NCBI RefSeq assembly: GCF_000143415.4
Contig: NW_003314262.1
Span: 534,078 to 598,077, forward strand
DNA from: Selaginella moellendorffii
Lineage: Eukaryota > Plantae > Lycopodiophyta
Direction: 5' to 3'
Length of the DNA stretch: 64,000 nucleotides
The translations under genes were made by a program, and so were the position numbers. The notes beneath the pieces were generated by a model. That model was not told the DNA's origin. It searched no databases and saw only the letters and a program-made list of their open reading frames with translations. Of this stretch, positions 36,401 to 50,500 are shown piece by piece (positions within the stretch are counted from its first letter, which is position 1; each line of letters begins with the position of its first letter).

Positions 36401-38996
36401 AGCTAAAAAGGAATTTCGGCAAGGCTAGTGATGAGCATAGAAAGGCCCATAAGTAATAACGATAATCCTGGTGTGTGGGATTACAAGGTGAGCATACCCA
36501 GATTGAAGAACCACTTTTTAGGTTATTGAGTAGGTTCATCCCTAAGAATACTTGTTATGGCACCTCCTAGTATGGAAAAGAATAACTGAAGGAAACATAT
36601 AATGCCAAAAAATAAATAATAAAGGGATAGAACCAAACCATAGGAATTGATGGGCATAACCAAGGGTGGTTATGTGAGTTGGGAGTAAAGAATCAAATGG
36701 GTGCTCGCGCATGTTGTTATTAACTACCATGATGCCATGGAGAGTCTAAAATATGGAATTATCCATGTTAAACCATATGGCGATTAAAAAGCTTGCAAAA
36801 GGAGAAGCCTTGGTAAGTTAAAGGACAAAGTTCCTTTAAGGTTCCCAAAGACAATTCTGGGTAGCTTAGTACCTACAAAGGCAAGTGTAAATGGTTCATA
36901 AAATGCGTGAAATTAGAGTGGCATAATAGAAGTGTGGTCTTGAAGCTTGCCCTAAGGTAAAGCTATCAAGGTTGGGGAAGTAGTTCCCGAGTGTTTAAAG
37001 AAATGGCTTTGAACGAAAGTCAATGGTCAAGGATTTTCACGCTTATACATGAACCATATTACAGTGGTCATATGACTTGCTAAGTGAGATTGGCAAGTTG
37101 GGGGAACAAATACCTTAATTGAAGGTGCTAACTTCAAAAGGGATAGCCCATGGGGCCAAGCATGGAGAAGTTTATATATGATCATAAATTTGTCAAGTGA
37201 AAGGACTTGGCAGTGCGGAGGAACTAGGTTTCTAAACTGTGATCTATAGCGCGCTTTAAGTATAAATTGGTGCACTGGCGTGGGGAGTCATGCAAGGCAT
37301 CCTATGTGATGCTGTCCGTAGATGCATATACAGAGGTTGGGTTCGAGTCTCGACCCTTTAGTGCTTGGGTTCAAGTCCCAAATCACTAAGGGCGTGGTGA
37401 TGGTTTGGAATATGAGGACACTGTAAGCCACAAATTTTTCCTTTCCAATTTGCCAGCTTACCTCGTCTATCCAACCAACACTGCCTTGGCTTGTGCTAAG
37501 TTCCCTTGCTAAGGTTCCTGCCTATTGTACCAGCTCCTACTTGGTCCTACTTGGTTTCAGCTACTCACTGCACGAGCAACGAAGCATTAGCCATCCATCT
37601 ACGAATTCCCAAATCTCTCCCAATCCCCCTCCCCGGGTTAGACTGGACTTAAGGTTCGGCTACACTCCCCGCAGGCACAAGCAGCCAAGCACACCAAGCC
37701 TCCAGGTTCCTAACACCCCTTGGTACAACAAGACTTGATTATAGGACCCTCTAAATCCCAAGCTTTGGGTGCAACACTTGCTTCAGGACATCGGGGCAAA
37801 ACACCGTGGCCTAACGGCCCAGTATAGGTACCTCTACCACCCCACTTCCTTCCCGAAGGGAAGGCCCAAGCCCCTAGGAAGGGCGAGGACCAATGAGCCA
37901 CAAGGTACTCAAGTGGGGCACCACTCCACATGAGCCGGGAGCACCACAATCGGTTTCCCTTTCTAGAGTGGGAGCTACTCTTGAGCACTTCCCTAGGTGG
38001 CCCCTCCGGCACCACCCAAGCCCATGCTCACTCCCACCCAAGCCCCCTCGGCCCCAGTCTCAACCTCAAGTCAGTTTGGAAGCACCACTGGAGAGTTCCT
38101 TTAAGACTGGTTCCCAGACCTCACTATCCCTACTATACTTTTGGAACCCCCTGTAGCCCCCCCCCCCCCCCCCCCGTGGGAGATGCACGCTTTGGGCTTT
38201 CACCCCTTGACCTGTATTAGTATTCGGACTCGGTCTCAGACTCGATCTCAAACTCGATCTCGGACCTGACTTCGGACTCGGTCTCGGACTCAATCTCGGA
38301 CTCGATCTCAGACTTGACCTCGAACTCGGTCTCGAACCCGATTTGGATCTCGGACTCTGTCTCGAACTCGGTCTCGAACTCGGTCTCGAATTCGGTCTCC
38401 GATTCGGCCTCGGTCTCGAATTCGGTCTCCGATTCGGCCTCGGGCTCGATCCAGGACTCTATGTCGAACTCAGTCTCAGAGTCGGTCTTGGACTCGATCT
38501 TCGACTCGGTCCCATTCGATGAACTCTTTGTCATTTCGGTCATGCTTTCTATGATCCTTTAGCCTACGACATCTCGGGGAGTCAGTTCCTTACAACTCCA
38601 CCACCCATAGAAGAAGTTCGATACCCACATCGAACATCTCTTTTTTATCCTATGACTTGTTGACCATGTCTTCAGGGGCATCCCCCCACTTAGCAGTGTG
38701 CCTAAGTTAGCCTCCCCGGCCAAGAGCCCATGACAACGGAATATAAGTGTCCCTATATCCCTCACCTCACCACGCCCTAGTATGGGGTCGGGACTTGAAC
38801 CCAGCCTTGCTTTACTAGGGGGTTGGGACTCGAACCCAACCTCTATAGAATATGTCTACGAATTCGACATCCCCACGGGGAGTCGGGCGTAGTGCCCTAC
38901 GCCTAGTCGACCTAACTAACCCATGCTAATTAGTTTACCTTCGGCACGCCTTCGGATCCCGACATATGCCTTTGCTCAACTTCACAAATTGATATT

Positions 38997-39853
38997 TTAA
39001 TTGAACTTTGCATAAGTACATAGAGTTCTGCCTTGCAGAAATTCCTCCACTAGATCTTGTGCGTTCGCTAGGTTCTCCTCCGGTTCCCATGTTGCTTCGC
39101 AGTGTGGAAATCCTTTCCACTTCACATGGAACTCTCTCACCTCGCGTCTTTGTCGCTTGCTCTTGCGCGCATTGAAGATGGCCTTGACTTCGTATTCCTC
39201 TTCCCCTTGGATAACCTCAGGTAAAGGTCTTACTTGGTCCTTGCGAAGAAGATCCTCAAAGTACGGCTTGAGTAAGTTCACGTGGAACACAGGGTGCATC
39301 TTCACCATCTCTCAAGGAAGTCAGAGACGGTAAGCCACTTTACCGATTCGTGCCTCAATCTCATAAGGCCCCGCGAACCTGCTTAAGGAACTCCAGATCA
39401 ATTCATTTACAGAAATACATGCATTTTTACCTTTGGGTCAACTTCTGGCTGATCCCACTTCGTAGCTTGAGGTTCTTGGTGTTCAGCCACACCTTCTCCC
39501 TAGCTTATAACTCTACATCTCGGCGCTTTTAGTTCGCGTACTTGGTTTGCCTTTGTTGAGCCCATTCCAAGGAATCCCTCACTAGATTCCAAATGTTGAG
39601 TCTCTCTGCTGTGAATGCCTCCACTGCAGGTAACTCTCCATGATACTCGGCCACGCTGAGTTCCACAGGACCTTCAATAGCTTGCCCATTGATGACTTCC
39701 TATGGACTCACCCCGATATTCGAATGTGGTGAGTTGTTATAACACATTTCCGCAAGTCCCAAATGACTTACCCAATCGGTTTGGTCTCCCAAGACATAGC
39801 ATTGCAAATAATCCTCCAGCTGCCTATTCACCCTTTCCGTTTGTCCATCTGTC
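38997..39853 (-). pseudogene. Element-2 integrase C-terminal half plus chromodomain
   Basis: TDGQTERVN at ~39826-39853; KMHPVFHVNLLKPY..EEEYEVKAIF..FHVKWKGFPHCEATWEPEENLANAQDLVEEF. Confidence 0.9.
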
Positions 39854-39894
39854 AAGAAGTGTTAGTGCCATCAAACTTGACTTAATACCCAATA

Positions 39895-42800
39895 TGTCGC
39901 GCATGTGATTTCGGGTATTGAAAGTTACCTGTCGACCAGTCCTTACGGACACTCTTACCTTACTACCACAACGGCAGGAGGTCGGTATTGCTGGACCCTT
40001 TATCAGTCCCTCTTGTGCTAGTGGAGTTAACTGAGCATTTCGAGTGTACTTAGACCGGACGAGCATAAGGACGGAATTCCTATGTGTTATTAGCTAAGCA
40101 TACTTAGCCCGGTAAGGAGTTCCCGTCTCGTTATGTCTTGCACTGGCTAGTGACAAGAACCTCGCATATTGAGATTAGTCCCTTAATATCGCTACATGAT
40201 AGCTTACCGTGTCTGCCAAACACCCTTGCTATCATGCCCTTTGTGTTAGTCTCACTTCGGTCCCAAATGCTATTTATGGAAAGTGTCTAGATTTGCTCAT
40301 TTGGCATATCTATGGAATGTAGAGATTGGTCTGAACACAATAGTGTTCGTCTCGTGTCCAAATTCACAATCTAGGAACATTCCATATTTAGTAAATTTCG
40401 AGCTTGTCCCAGAGACTAACTCTTGATACTAAGGGAGGCTTGGGGTGAAAGCCCAAAGCGTGTGTTCCTCAAGGGGGGGGGGGGGGGGGGGGGGNNNNNN
40501 NNNNNNNNNNNNNNNNNNNNNNNNNNNNNNNNNNNNNNNNNNNNNNNNNNNNNNNNNNNNNNNNNNNNNNNNNNNNNNNNNNNNNNNNNNNNNNNNNNNN
40601 NNNNNNNNNNNNNNNNNNNNNNNNNNNNNNNNNNNNNNNNNNNNNNNNNNNNNNNNNNNNNNNNNNNNNNNNNNNNNNNNNNNNNNNNNNNGAAAGGAAA
40701 AGAAGAAAGAAAAAAAGAGAAGAAGAAGAAAAGGAAAAAGAGAAAAAAAGAAGAGGAAAAAAAGAAAGAAAAAGAAGGAGAAAAAGGGAGGGGAGGGAAG
40801 AAAAGGGACGTGTATGCGTCACGATCTCGGGGAGGGGGGGGGGGGGGCTATAGGGGGTTCCAAATGTATAGTAGGGATAGTGGGTATGTTGGGCATGGCC
40901 GACCAACCTGAGCCATAGTCTAGCTCTCACTTGCATGCCTGTCCTTGTTCTGCATCTGGCTTGGGTCTAAGCCCAAGTTCCATACCATGCTAGTTGGTGG
41001 GGTACCCATATCCTCAGGTTAGGCCACCGGTATGCCGAAATAGCGCTAGACTCCGTTTGGCTCCGTTTTGTGTGCTGGTCCTGGCATTAGGATGCTGATT
41101 GCTCCAGAACTGTTCCAAGTTGCTCTAGGCTCTTGTCCCTTCGCTCCTTAGGTTATATGCTCGGGAGTTGCTCCGTGATTCAGTTCCATCACTCCTTGGC
41201 TCCATGCTTGGGAGTTTGGCACCGTTTCTTCGTTCAGTGGCCCAAGGCCCTGAACCTTGAGTTCCGCACCACGTTCCTTTGGACATGTGGCATGTGACAC
41301 GTGGCATCTATCACGTGGCACAAAGAGGGTTTAGGTTCCACTTCATGGTGTTATCCTATGGTAAATCACCATAGGATAAAGGGTAAAACCACGTGTGCTA
41401 CATTTGGTATCAGAGAATGAGTCTTGGCAAGATCTATCCAATGAGATTGGGCAACTAATCTCATTGCATACGCAAAGATGAAAACGATGATCCAAGTGGG
41501 TACACGTTTGGGTGCAAAGGCTTTGCAGTTGTTCCTTGGGTATGTTTTTTTTTTGTTACTTTTTTGTACCTTATGATGTGAGCTTGCGCTTGGGCTTATA
41601 GGATGGTTTGGAGATGTTCTGTTTGCAAGAGTTTGAGCTTGGGCTCATGAGTGAGGCGCATTAGCAACTCGAGGTTTCACTTTGAGTTGGCAAGATTAAT
41701 GTTAGCCTATCGGTGGTTCCATGAGTTGTTCCATGTACCATGGGTGAAAGTTAACCTTCCCTAGGTTTGCTATGAATGGCAAATAGGCTGGTCCGTAGCT
41801 GTTTAGCACAGCACTAGTGGATCCTTCCTAGGCATGATTATGGGTGAATCAATCAAGATTGTGGGGATTGGTCTATTGATTCAAGTAATCATTGCCGTGC
41901 TCTCTCATAAACTTTTCTTGGATTGAACTGAAGGCAGTGCGAACGCAAGCTTAAGGTTTAGTCAAGATGAGGCCAGAAAGAGAGTCGTCAGGGACGAAGG
42001 ATCAAACACATAAATCATTTTCTCTTCTTAGAGAGATGATTTGCAACGAGGTGTTAACTCATTGCTCATGTTCACATCATAGAAACAAGAGTCCCTATCT
42101 TGACGCATGTTGGAGATGATGGTCTTACAATGGTGAGTTGTGGGATGGATAGCGGTGAAGTGCTATACCATTTTGTCTAGGCTTGCTATTGGAAGACTTG
42201 GGTTACAATGCTTAATTCTTTTCTAGGGAACCTTGCTATTGCTCCTTGAGTAGCTTGGTGTTGGATTAGTTTTGAGTTTGGTCGGAAAGAGAGTGGCATG
42301 AGCTTGACCGTGTTGTGAACAAAAGTTAGTGGTGTTTGGTGTTGTAAATCTCTATCGGTGGTGGCATTTATGTTGCATTTTGTCGAATTGAGTTGACACT
42401 TGATACTCACATAAACTTTTGAAGTAATGATATAGGCATTGCTCATGGTGTTGCTCAATTGATGATCAAGTCATTGTGATGCTTATATCATATCCATGTG
42501 ATAATGAGTAATGCATTTACGAAGTTGCTTGGTTAAATGATGATCGACCCCAAAGTGGTTGATAGTGAAGCTAGTCTACTTGCACGAAATAACATTGTAG
42601 TAAGCTTTGACTGGATTCTCAATGGTGATCCATTATGCTAAGCTTAAGTTGGTTCCTTGTTCTTGAGGGTTTGCCCATAAGGTGTTGGAAAAAAGATTGT
42701 AGCATTCATTTGCTATAACTCATCAGTTGATTCGTTAGCACTTGGAGTAGATTGTTGAATGGAGAAGGTGTGTAGTTGAGGCATTGACATCACTAGCACT

Positions 42801-45800
42801 TGTGTTAGTGGAAGTGGCATTGTTATTTCAAGTGATGAGGAATTTCCCTTGGACCTTGATTTTCCATGTCATTTTTCTTGTTAGTGTTTTAGCTTCACAT
42901 TGAATCTTGAAGGTGATTGAATAAGAGTGTTAGTGCAATGTGAATATCCGAAGATGTGGTCTTCGTGATCAAGCCTTGAATGTTCATTTTGCACTTTACA
43001 GATGTCGGTGTTGGATATCGTTTAGATGGGCAAAGATGTTCGATACTTAAGCATATTGATGGATCATGAGAATTTGTGTCAAGGTGAACCTATGTGAAGT
43101 TGTTTGTAGGAGGAAGTTGGTCGAGTCTTGAAAGTTTGCAATCCTAAATTGAGAGTCATTCTTTCTCTAGGATGGAAATTTTCCACAAATTTTCTTAGAC
43201 TTCTCCAATGGCTGATCTGTTGATCACTTTGCCGAAAACCATTCCGTTTTCGTAAGCCAGTACAAACTAATGAAGGGGTTGGAGTTGACTTCGGTTAGCT
43301 TAAACCTTGGTAAGTAATTTGTATGATGCGATCCGAAAGGGATGCTGACTTTTGGGGCTAAGGCAATTGAGTTGGATAGAGTCTGGAGTTGGTGTAGAAA
43401 AGTGGCTGTGCACTTTTCTTAGAAAGGTGACCCTTGTACCTTTCTTTTGTAGCATTGTGCTTGGTGGCAGGTTGCACCTTGCATTACGTTATACTTTATG
43501 AGAGTAGTGAGCTCTCACTGATCTTGACTTAGTCTTGGTGGCCCTGCGCCTTGGCTGAGGATGGTGATGTCTAACTTAGTTGTTTGAGGTTGGGATGTTG
43601 GTACCCGTACTATAGCTATGTCTATAAAGAGGTTGTGTACCGATATGAGTCCATCTTGTAGTCTTCACTTTAGTTTCGACTAAGTGTTGATTATGCATAG
43701 CTAGCCTCTTCAAGGCATGCTCAGAGCTATTGACTAAATGCATTGGTGAGCTTATCGTGGTTGAGTTGGATTCGAGTGGTCATTTAGTTTGTACTTGTCT
43801 ATGAACTTTTATCTCGTACCTAGGGTATCACGTTCATGTTGGACAAGTATATAACTTGATGACAAGAGTTGGTGTTTGGGTCTTGTGAAGGCAAGTTGAG
43901 GAGTGATTGTTAGTTGCTTTGTGACTAGTGATTACTTGTAGACTTAGTCAAAGATTGTTGACACTTGCTTTGCTTGATGATGATTTAGCAGTGATAGGCT
44001 TGCTTTATCAGATAGTGTTGCGGAGGATCGTGTCGTTAGACTTACATGAGTTTTTTTTTTTCATGTTGACATATTGACTCTACCTCTGTTGATATCATTT
44101 GGTTACATCTAGTCCGTAGTGTTGGATTTCATTGAGTCTTGGACGTGGTGAATCACTCCTTGATGAAGTGTTATCTGTAACTGAGTATTGTTGAAGGATT
44201 GGTGTCGAATACTGATTAAGGTATCTTCGACCTTGGTTAGCTAGATTGCTAGAGCGTTTTGAGTGGTGATTCACTCGAGCTTTCTTTGAGCTTTGTTTTG
44301 GTGTTGATGGCATTGAAGTGATGCCTTGTCGTTGACAATATTGATGTTGAGATTTGAGTGAAATGAGATATCTGTCCAATTGAGTTTATATTGAGTTTCA
44401 TTAGTCTTGATAGCAATAATGTTGATGATTTGGTTGTAGCTTTGTGTTATTAACATTTGCGCATTTGCTAGTTGGCAACTATGTTGATGTTCAAATGAAC
44501 TGAGTGGCAAGCTGAGTTAGTTGCGTTCTCGACGAGATTTCTTAGTTGAGGTTGAGCTTTAGCTTTTTCTTGAAAAGTGATTTAGTCGTGAACTATACTA
44601 ACTTTATGAGAGGAGGAGTTACTGATCGATATTGTAATGTTGAGTCCTTCTTAGATTTGAATTGGCATATATTGATCATTGATGATTTTTCTTGTGCTTG
44701 TTATGAAGTGAGTTACGTCTTGCTGTAGATGGATTTATGGAGGATCGTTTAGTGATCACTTGTTGAGCATAACTTCATTTTGCTTAGTTTTTGGATTGAT
44801 GCAGATATGCTCTTCATTAGTTTTGGCATTATGAAGTTTGGCTTATGGATGTGTTGAGGAAGATATTGTGAGTTGCATCACGATTTCTTCTTTAGCATTG
44901 AAGTTAGCTTCTATGAGACTTGTGATCCTTATTAAGCAAGACTTGGCTATAGGCTTCTTCGAGCTTTTGGTTTTTTGAGTTTTTATGCTCATTGTTTGAA
45001 GTTGTTGGGGAAGGCATTTTTGGCTCATTAGCTTTGATATTGAAGTTGGCTTTTGCATCTAGCCATCATTTGTGATGATTGACTATCATCTAGGATAGTT
45101 GATTATCCTTGTCGAAGGTTTTGCTTGATTATTGTTGATTTAGAATGATTTGCCATTCTTTGGGATGGTGGATTCTTTCTTCGATGACGATTATGCATTT
45201 CTCTATTGATGGGATGATTGATGATCTTTCATGATGGTTAATTGTTCTCTTTGATGGATTATGGCTTTTCGCAATACCACATGTTCTTTGTGGTTTGCTC
45301 TGGATTGGTCTCTTGGGTTTGAGACATCAGCAGGATGTTGTTGACACTTGCTTAGGCAACTTGAGTTCCTTGGTATTGTTTACCGGGATCTGTTCAGATT
45401 GGTTAGTGCAATGGTTGGCATGAGTAAATGTTTGTTGGTTTTACCACATTCATTATGTTTTGTTGATTGTTGCTCGAGTTAGTTTTGATAAATTAGGATG
45501 TTATCTCCTTCAGGTGACACATTCGCGAGCTTTGTGCTTGTTAGTCAATGATACTTTGTGTTCCTTGAGTTGTGTTTTGTGAGTTGTTTAGCATGCTATC
45601 TGCCATTTTCGGTAGTTAAGTTTCATCATTGAGTTTACTTGATGATATACTTGCTATTGAATTTTGTTGGATGGTGAATCCAATGTTGTCCAATAATAGT
45701 GATCTTGGTGGTTCCTATACTATAATATTGGTTTATCGGATGATAACTTACTTGGAATACTTTTGTGTTCTAATTTAAGCTTTATTCACTGATAATTAAG

Positions 45801-47520
45801 ACTTTATGATATCATTGTCTATGACTTTGATATAGTCCATATATTGATCTTTGAGTTTGGGCCAGTATAGGCAGACTGGCTTCGGCACTTTGTGTGCATG
45901 TTAAAATCTCTAGTCATGGGGTAGCTACTGTCGACTGGTCACATAACCCACCTCTCTGTTGATGTTCTTTATTCCATTGCAAGGGCGTGACCGTGTAAAC
46001 AACTCTAATTGCCTGTTTACAGTAGTCTATCTAAACCTTACCAATGGGTTTGGTTTCTTTGCTCATGAGGGTTCGGGCTTCTGGCTTCTCTCTCTATGTC
46101 CTTGTGGGCAGAGGCATATCACACTTTTGTAAGCTGGGTGACTCCCAGAGCAGCAAGGGTGGCTACCTTTGTTGGTCATTTCCTTGTTAGCGATGGCCGG
46201 AAGGTGTCTGAGCTGGTAGTGCATCCGCATTAGACAAAGAGGTTGCCCCCTAACTCATTTAAGTTGGTGCATTTCTCACATAGTGTGAGTACCATAAACT
46301 TTTTCTGGAAGTTGTTTCCTTGGCGGTATTCTAGACTCGAGTATGCATCGACGAGGACGTCGATCTTCCCTAGGGGGGGAGAGTGTCGCGCATGTGACTT
46401 CGGGTATCGAAAGTTACCTGTCGACCAATCCTTACAGACACTCTTACCTTACTGCCACGACGGCAGGAGGTCGGTATTGCTGGACCCTTTATCAGTCCCT
46501 CTTGTGCTAGTGGAGTTAACTGAGCATTTCGAGTGTACTTAGACCGGACGAGCATAAGGACGGAATTCCTATGTGTTATTAGCTAAGCATACTTAGCCCG
46601 GTAAGGAGTTCCCGTCTCGTTATGTCTTGCACTGGCTAGTGACAAGAACCTCGCATATTGAGATTAGTCCCTTAATATCGCTACATGATAGCTTACCGTG
46701 TCTGCCAAACACCCTTGCTATCATGCCCTTTGTGTTAGTCTCACTTCGGTCCCAAATGCTATTTATGGAAAGTGTCTAGATTTGCTCATTTGGCATATCT
46801 ATGGAATGTAGAGATTGGCCTGAACACAATAGTGTTTGTCTCGTGTCCAAATTCACAATCTAGGAACATTTCATATTTAGTAAGTTTCAAGCTTATCCCA
46901 GAGACTAACTCCTGATACTAAGGGAGGCTTGGGGTGAAAGCCCAAAGCGTGTGTTTCTCAAGGGGGGGGATATAGGGGGTTCCAAATGTATAGTAGGGAT
47001 AGTGGGTAGGTTGGGCATGGCTGACCAACTTGAGTTATAGTCTAGCTCCCACTTGTGTGCCTGTCCTTGTTCTACGTCTGGCTTGGGTCTAAGCCCAAGT
47101 TCCATACCATGCTAGTTGGTGGGGTACCCATATCCTCGCGTTAGGCCACCGGTATGCCGAAATAGCGCTAGACTCCGTTTGGCTCCGTTTTGCGTGCTGG
47201 TCCTGGTATTAGGATGCTGGTTGCTCCAGAACTGTTCCAAGTCGCTCTAGACTCATGTCCCTTTGCTCCTTGGGCTATATGCTTGGGAGTTGCTCCATGA
47301 TTCAGTTCCATCACTCCTTGGCTCCACACTTCGGAGTTTGGCACCGTTCCTTCGTTTAGTGGCCTAAGGCCCTGAACCTTGAGTTCCGCACCACGTTCCT
47401 TTTGACACGTGGCATGTGACATGTGGCATCCGTCATGTGGCACAAAGAGGGTTTAGGTTCCGCTTTGTGGTGTTATCCTATGGTAAATCACCATAGGATA
47501 AAGGGTAAAAACCACATGCA
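39895..47520 (+). mobile_element. LTR retroelement 3 (innermost; ~5 kb non-coding internal region, LARD-like) inserted in the element-2 integrase
   Basis: LTRs 39895-41402 and 46384-~47520, nearly identical; PBS TGGTATCAGAG at 41405; [15 protein letters not shown] before 46384; no ORF over 100 aa internally. Confidence 0.88.
40495..40691. other. Assembly gap (N run) at the poly-G tract of the element-3 5' LTR
   Basis: 197 Ns after a G homopolymer; the sister LTR has only a short G run here (~46962-46969). Confidence 0.99.
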
Positions 47521-47522
47521 AC

Positions 47523-50500
47523 CTGTCTGTGGGTGATAGGCTGTGCTGAATTTCAGCTTGGTGCAATACTGTTCCAGGAGAGTACTAGTGAAGATCTTAT
47601 CTCAATCTGAGATGATCTCTTCCGGCCTTCCCCGCACTCGAACCACTTGTTCAAAGAACAACTTCACCACACCTTCCGCATCCACTTCCGTTGTGGTGGA
47701 TATAAAATGTGCCATTTTCGAAAATTGGTCCACCACCACGAATATCGCATCAAACCCCTCGCTTGGGGGGAGTCCTGTGATGAATTCCATCGTAAGACAT
47801 TTCCACGGACGATCTGGAATTGGGATGCTTTGCAACAAGCCCCCACTAGCCTTAGTCACGGCTTTGACTTGCTGACATGTTGGGCATGTCTTTACATAGT
47901 CTTGGACGTCCTTAGCCATATCTGGCCAATGGTACTTCCTCTTGAGTAAGCCCATCGTCTTGGGCACTCCACCGTGTCCCGTAAAAGGTCCGTCATGACA
48001 CTCTTCTAAGGTTACCTTCCTTAGTTCCCCTTCTGGAACATACACCCTCATTTGCTTGTAATAAATGAGTCCATTGCATTCTGCATAGCCCGTTTTCTCT
48101 TCTGTTGGCAGCTCACTCTCTAGTGAGCTTCCCGTGCCTCTAGATTCCTCAGCAACACTTCTTGGGCTAGACCATCGTTCTCATATGCTGTCCGCACATC
48201 GTCCCAAAAGGTTGCTGTCGCGCTGGATATCGCCAACCTCAAGCTCGCTTTTCGACTTAGCACATCTGCCATGATGTTGCTCTTCCCAGGCTTGTACAGA
48301 ATCTCGCAATCAAACTCGGCCAAGGCATTGGCCCACTTACCTTGTTTCCCTCTCAGATCGGGCTGTGACAAGAAGGGTTTGGTTGCCACATTATCCGTGT
48401 AAACCTTGAAGTGTCTCCCAAGGTAGTGTCGCCACTCCTTGAGTGCCTTGACCACCGCAAACAATTCCTTCTCGTGAACAGGCCACTTCCATTGAGCCTT
48501 GTCCAACTTCTTCGAGAAGAATGCTATTGGATGGTTGTCTTGCTTCAAAACTGCGCCCAACGCAAAGTTCGAAGCATCCATTTCTACCTCAAAGTCCTTA
48601 CCAAAGTCTGGTAATGCCAACACGGGAGCCTTCCTCAACTTCCCTTTGAGGTGGATGAATGCCGCCTCGCATTCCACTGTCCATACCATCTTCCCTTTTC
48701 CTGTTTGGTCCATTAAGGGCAAGGCTACTCTCGAATAGTGTCTGATAAACTTTCAGTAGTAGTTGCATAGCCCCAAGAATGCCCTCAACTCATGTACATT
48801 CGATGGTCGCTCCCATTTCTGGATCTCTTGGACCTTCTCCGGGTCCACCTTGAGCTCGTCCTGCCCACCACATGCCCGAGAAACTTTACCTCTTGTTAAG
48901 CAAAGTCACATTTGCTCTCTTTAGTATACAGTTTGTGTTCCCTTAGTTTCTCAAACACCTTCACCAAGTGTTCGGCATGCTCCTCTAGCATCTCGCTATA
49001 GATTAGGATGTCGTCGATATAGACGACCACAAAGTGATCCAAATAGGGTACAAAGATATGGTTCATCAATGCCGAAAACGTTGCCGGTGCATTGCACAGC
49101 CCAAAGGGCATCACCAGAAACTCAAAGCTCCCATACCTTGTTCGACAGGTTGTCTTCTCGACATCTTCCTCTGCTACCCTGATCTGGTAGTATCCTGACC
49201 TCAGGTCAATCTTCGAGAAATATTTTGCCTTTCCCAACCTATCGAACAACTCCTCAATCCTTGGCAAAGGGTACTTGTTTTTCTTTGTATACTTGTTGAG
49301 CAACCGGTAGTCTATGCACATGCCCATATATCCATCTTTCTTTTTCACAAATAACACCGGCACCCCATACAGCGACTTGCTCAACCTAACATACCTTTTG
49401 TCCACCAACTCCTCTAGTTGGCGCTTGAGCTCCTCGAGTTCTTTTTCGTTCAAACGATAGGGGGGACGAACCACCGCCTCAGCACCCTCAACCAGCTCAA
49501 TCTTATGTTCTATCGGTCGTGTGGGGGGCAACCCCGTTGGTAGCTCCTCCGGCATGGTATCCTAGAATTGGTCCAACACCCGCTGGACCAAAGGTACTTC
49601 TTCCGTTCCTGTCTTTTTGTCACTCTTCACCGAGAGTAAGCACAAAAATGCTGCCTTAGTTCCTTTAGTGAGTTGTCCTCTCGTGGACACCAGGTTTAAG
49701 CAGGAATCTTTGGCCTTGCTTTGCCCTACCTTTAGATCCTGGGCTTCCACCCTAGATCTTCTTCCTTGGGCATTCGCCAATACCACAAGGTTTCTACCTT
49801 GTCCATGCAGGGCTATCACGAACCGATTGAACCAATCCATTCCGAAGATCACGTCATGTCCAACACGGTGAAATCCATGTCCACTTTCCATATCCCTACT
49901 TCGACTCTCGCTTGTCGAAGTACCTCATCGGTGCTTTGGCTACCTTGAACAAACTCTATAGTCTTTGGTTCACCTAACCGCTGCACCGTTAGTCCAGCTT
50001 GCTGGACTATGTCTGCAGCCACAAAATTATCTAAGGCACCCGTGTCAATAAGGATCTTAACAAAGCTACCTCCGAGCTTCCCTCGGAGGGCTAGTAGATG
50101 TCGCGAATGACTCTCTACCAAAGTTGCTTGTGTAATGAGTAACTTTGAGTTAAGGACGGGATCACATACCTTAATTTGGACTTCATCTGACTTGATGGCC
50201 AAATTGGCTCTGGCCTTCTTCGGGTAGTGACATTCCCTCGAAAAGTGTTCCGCCTCACCGCAGTTGTAGCATACATTGTTTCCCACACTGCTATATGACT
50301 TGACTTTCTTATCCGTGGGTTTGTCTCTTTTTGCTTGACTCCCTCATGTACTCGCTCGCTGGCCACTGGATTTGCCTTTCCGGAACCCCAAGGACTCATT
50401 CTTAGAGAAACTCTTCTTGAATTTCCCTCTACTATATGTTCTCCTTAGTTTGGCCCCTTTGCTAAACGTGGACCCCGACCCCATCATGTTCCCCTTTCGC

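Noticed and set aside
40423-40936. Lys/Glu-rich ORFs and an A/G-rich stretch after the N gap
   Set aside because: They span the gap and are absent from the sister LTR; probably low-quality sequence next to poly-G
49845-49895. Programmed frameshift within the protease region
   Set aside because: No slippery heptamer; better explained as a deletion at a repeated GGACATG
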